Source: Octopus sinensis
Taxonomy: Eukaryota
DNA length: 9,953 nucleotides
NCBI RefSeq assembly: GCF_006345805.1
Contig: NW_021827829.1
Coordinates: forward strand, 1-9,953
Direction of reading: 5' to 3'
The notes below the pieces were generated by a model. That model was not told the origin of the DNA. It saw only the letters and a list, made by a program, of their open reading frames with translations, and did no database searches. Within the stretch, counting starts at the first letter, position 1. Every line of letters starts with the position of its first letter. Positions 8,065-9,953 of the stretch are shown one piece after another. A program made the translations under genes and the position numbers.

Positions 8065-8496
8065 TATAATCAAAATAAGCAACAAGGACATCCAGAGTGT
8101 AATGCAGTACGATCGTTTCATGCAACTCCAATTAATTTTACAATGCAAACAATACATCAATTTTAAAAGTAGAGCAATTGCACAAAAAACATAGAATTTA
8201 AATTCGAAGGACTCATTATTATAATTTTATCCAAAATCTCCAAGAGGATAAAGAGATAGACAAAGAACATATTTTACGAAAAACATCACAGTTGCAACTG
8301 AAAATTATACTAATGAGTCCTTCGAATTTAATTAAATTCTATGTTTTTTTTTGTTTTTGTTTTTGTGCAGCTGAAGATTGCGCTACATTTTAAATTGATG
8401 TAATGTTTGCATTGTTCAATTAAACAATTAAATGGAGTCGCATGGACGATCGTACTGCATTACCTCTGGATATTCTTGTCGCTTATTTTGATTATA
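8065..8496. mobile_element. Foldback / long-TIR MITE-like element family B
   Basis: Arms 8065-8228 and 8301-8496 are inverted copies with small indels: tataatcaaaataagc / gcttattttgattata, gtaatgcagtacgatcgt / acgatcgtactgcattac, aaattcgaaggactcatta / taatgagtccttcgaattt. Spacer is 72 bp, with TA at both outer ends. Confidence 0.85.
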
Positions 8497-8515
8497 TATG
8501 TATATATATATTATA

Positions 8516-8884
8516 GGCGCAGGAGTGGCTGTGTGGTAAGTAGCTTGCATATCCAACCACATGATTCCGGGTTCAGTCCTACTGCGTGGCCCCTTGGGCA
8601 AGAGTCTTCTACTATAGCCCCAGGCCAACCAAAGCCTTGTGAGTGGATTTGGTAGATGGAAACTGAAAGAAGCCCGTCGTATATATATGTGTGTGTGTGT
8701 GTGTGTGTTTGTGTGTCTGTGTTTTTCCCCCACCATCGCTTGGCAAACGATGCCGGTAATTTACGTTCCTGTAATTTAGCGGAGACCGATAGAATAAGTA
8801 CAAGTCCTGGGGTCGATTTGTTCGACTAAAGGCGGTGCTCCAGCATGGCCGCAGTCAAACGACTGAAGCAAATAAAAGAATAAA

Positions 8885-8887
<3 letters not shown>
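8516..8887 (+). mobile_element. tRNA-derived CORE-type SINE with internal (TA)(TG) microsatellite, apparently full length
   Basis: A box tggctgtgtgg (8526-8536), B box gggttcagtcc (8569-8579), CORE-like ccttgggcaag (8592-8602), and tail taaaagaataaaaga. Confidence 0.9.
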
Positions 8888-8946
<59 letters not shown>

Positions 8947-8957
8947 GTATATATATA
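8888..8957. repeat. (TA)n microsatellite
   Basis: Direct reading. Confidence 0.95.
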
Positions 8958-9171
8958 CAGGGTGGTCCAAAAGTAGGTTATAGTTATTTAACTATCTCTT
9001 TCTTCGCATTCCTATATTAACAGTTTAGATCTTAATTATGAAAAAAATATGAAAATATTATCCTATGCTAATTTAATGAATTGTAAGATAGAAATTTAAA
9101 TGTTATAAAATGTCTAAAAGAAATTTAAAGTGCCTATGTGATACATGTAAACCAACTTTTGGGCCATCCTG
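8958..9171. mobile_element. Tc1/mariner-type MITE, 214 bp
   Basis: TIRs cagggtggtccaaaagtaggtt (8958-8979) and aaccaacttttgggccatcctg (9150-9171) match at 19/22. TA flanks both ends, and the interior is AT-rich and non-coding. Confidence 0.85.
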
Positions 9172-9201
9172 TATATATATATATATATATATATATTAGA
9201 T

Positions 9202-9537
9202 ACATACAATATTAAATATGTACATATATATACAAGGGCACTACACGAGCACCTACATCGCTAAAAATAGAAGTCAAAAATACTTGTGTACAAGCGAATA
9301 GTCACAAATCTATTACAAACATGACATTGATATTTTTTCTTGTCATTTCTGTAACAGATTTGTGACAATTCGGTGGTACAGAAGTATTTTTAACTTCTAT
9401 TTTTATCGATGTAGATGTTCATGTAGTGCCCTTGTGTATATATGTACATATCTAATATTGTATATATATATTTTATTAATTTGCCTGCACGGCTGATAAT
9501 TCGGTTGCCACTCGTGTTGGTATTTTAATAATATCAT

Positions 9538-9540
<3 letters not shown>
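9202..9540 (-). mobile_element. Foldback element family A, copy 2 (inverted relative to copy 1)
   Basis: Arms 9202-9326 and 9341-9463 surround a 14-nt loop. Extension 9464-9540 is the reverse complement of 1992-2063. Confidence 0.9.
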
Positions 9541-9603
<63 letters not shown>

Positions 9604-9620
9604 TGTATATATATATATAT
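9541..9620. repeat. (TA)n microsatellite
   Basis: Direct reading. Confidence 0.95.
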
Positions 9621-9624
9621 GAAG

Positions 9625-9890
9625 GTGCCTCCCGTCAGAACTGCACAAATGATTTGCTTACAGTGATCAAATGTATGTGCCGCACGTTTGCGCACTCTCT
9701 CTCTCTCTCCATCAAATCGACGTTGTCTTAACAGGTGCACCGTGTGCCACGACTCACCTGTTGAAGTGATCACAGAGCAACGTGAGATGGAGCTTTTTGC
9801 TCAAGTACACAGCGCATCACCCGGTCTGTGAGTTGAAGCCACGATGACACGATCGTTCATGCAGCAACCAAGCCACTAGGCCATGCGCCC
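9625..9890 (-). mobile_element. Degenerate tRNA-derived SINE (third family)
   Basis: Minus strand starts gggcgcatggcctagtgg with a perfect A box tggcctagtgg (9873-9883), then a degenerate B box (gcttcaactc) and CORE-like cttgagcaaaaagc. Confidence 0.7.
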
Positions 9891-9894
9891 TCAT

Positions 9895-9899
9895 TATAT

Positions 9900-9953
<54 letters not shown>
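9895..9953. repeat. (CA)n/(TA)n microsatellite
   Basis: Direct reading. Confidence 0.95.

Noticed and set aside
8372-8400. ctgaaga core-like heptamer
   Set aside because: No stem II or GAAA follows; it lies in an indel of the foldback B arm.
475-9773. All long ORFs in the supplied track (HT/CV/YI/IYLS/SL-rich)
   Set aside because: Most are translations of dinucleotide or tetranucleotide microsatellites; the rest cross SINEs, foldback elements or unassigned sequence with no recognisable domain.

Overview
AT-rich, microsatellite-saturated animal DNA (intron or intergenic). From recollection, not a search, the tRNA-derived SINEs look like those of octopus/coleoid cephalopods. No full protein-coding gene is supported: most listed ORFs are translations of (CA)n/(TA)n/(GATA)n tracts, and the rest fall in SINEs, foldback elements or unassigned sequence. 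Short islands between the microsatellites hold four tRNA-SINE copies from three families, a Tc1/mariner-type MITE, two long foldback element families, another dispersed repeat, and a possible decayed Penelope-like ORF. The main finding is a cluster of three type I hammerhead ribozyme (HHR) folds on the minus strand within about 1.3 kb (6561-6595, 7458-7539, 7777-7814). One has a fully canonical core and an extended stem II; two are minimal, with a palindromic ACGU stem III of the dimer-cleaving kind known from Penelope-like retroelements. A possible collapsed fourth HHR lies at 3878-3900.
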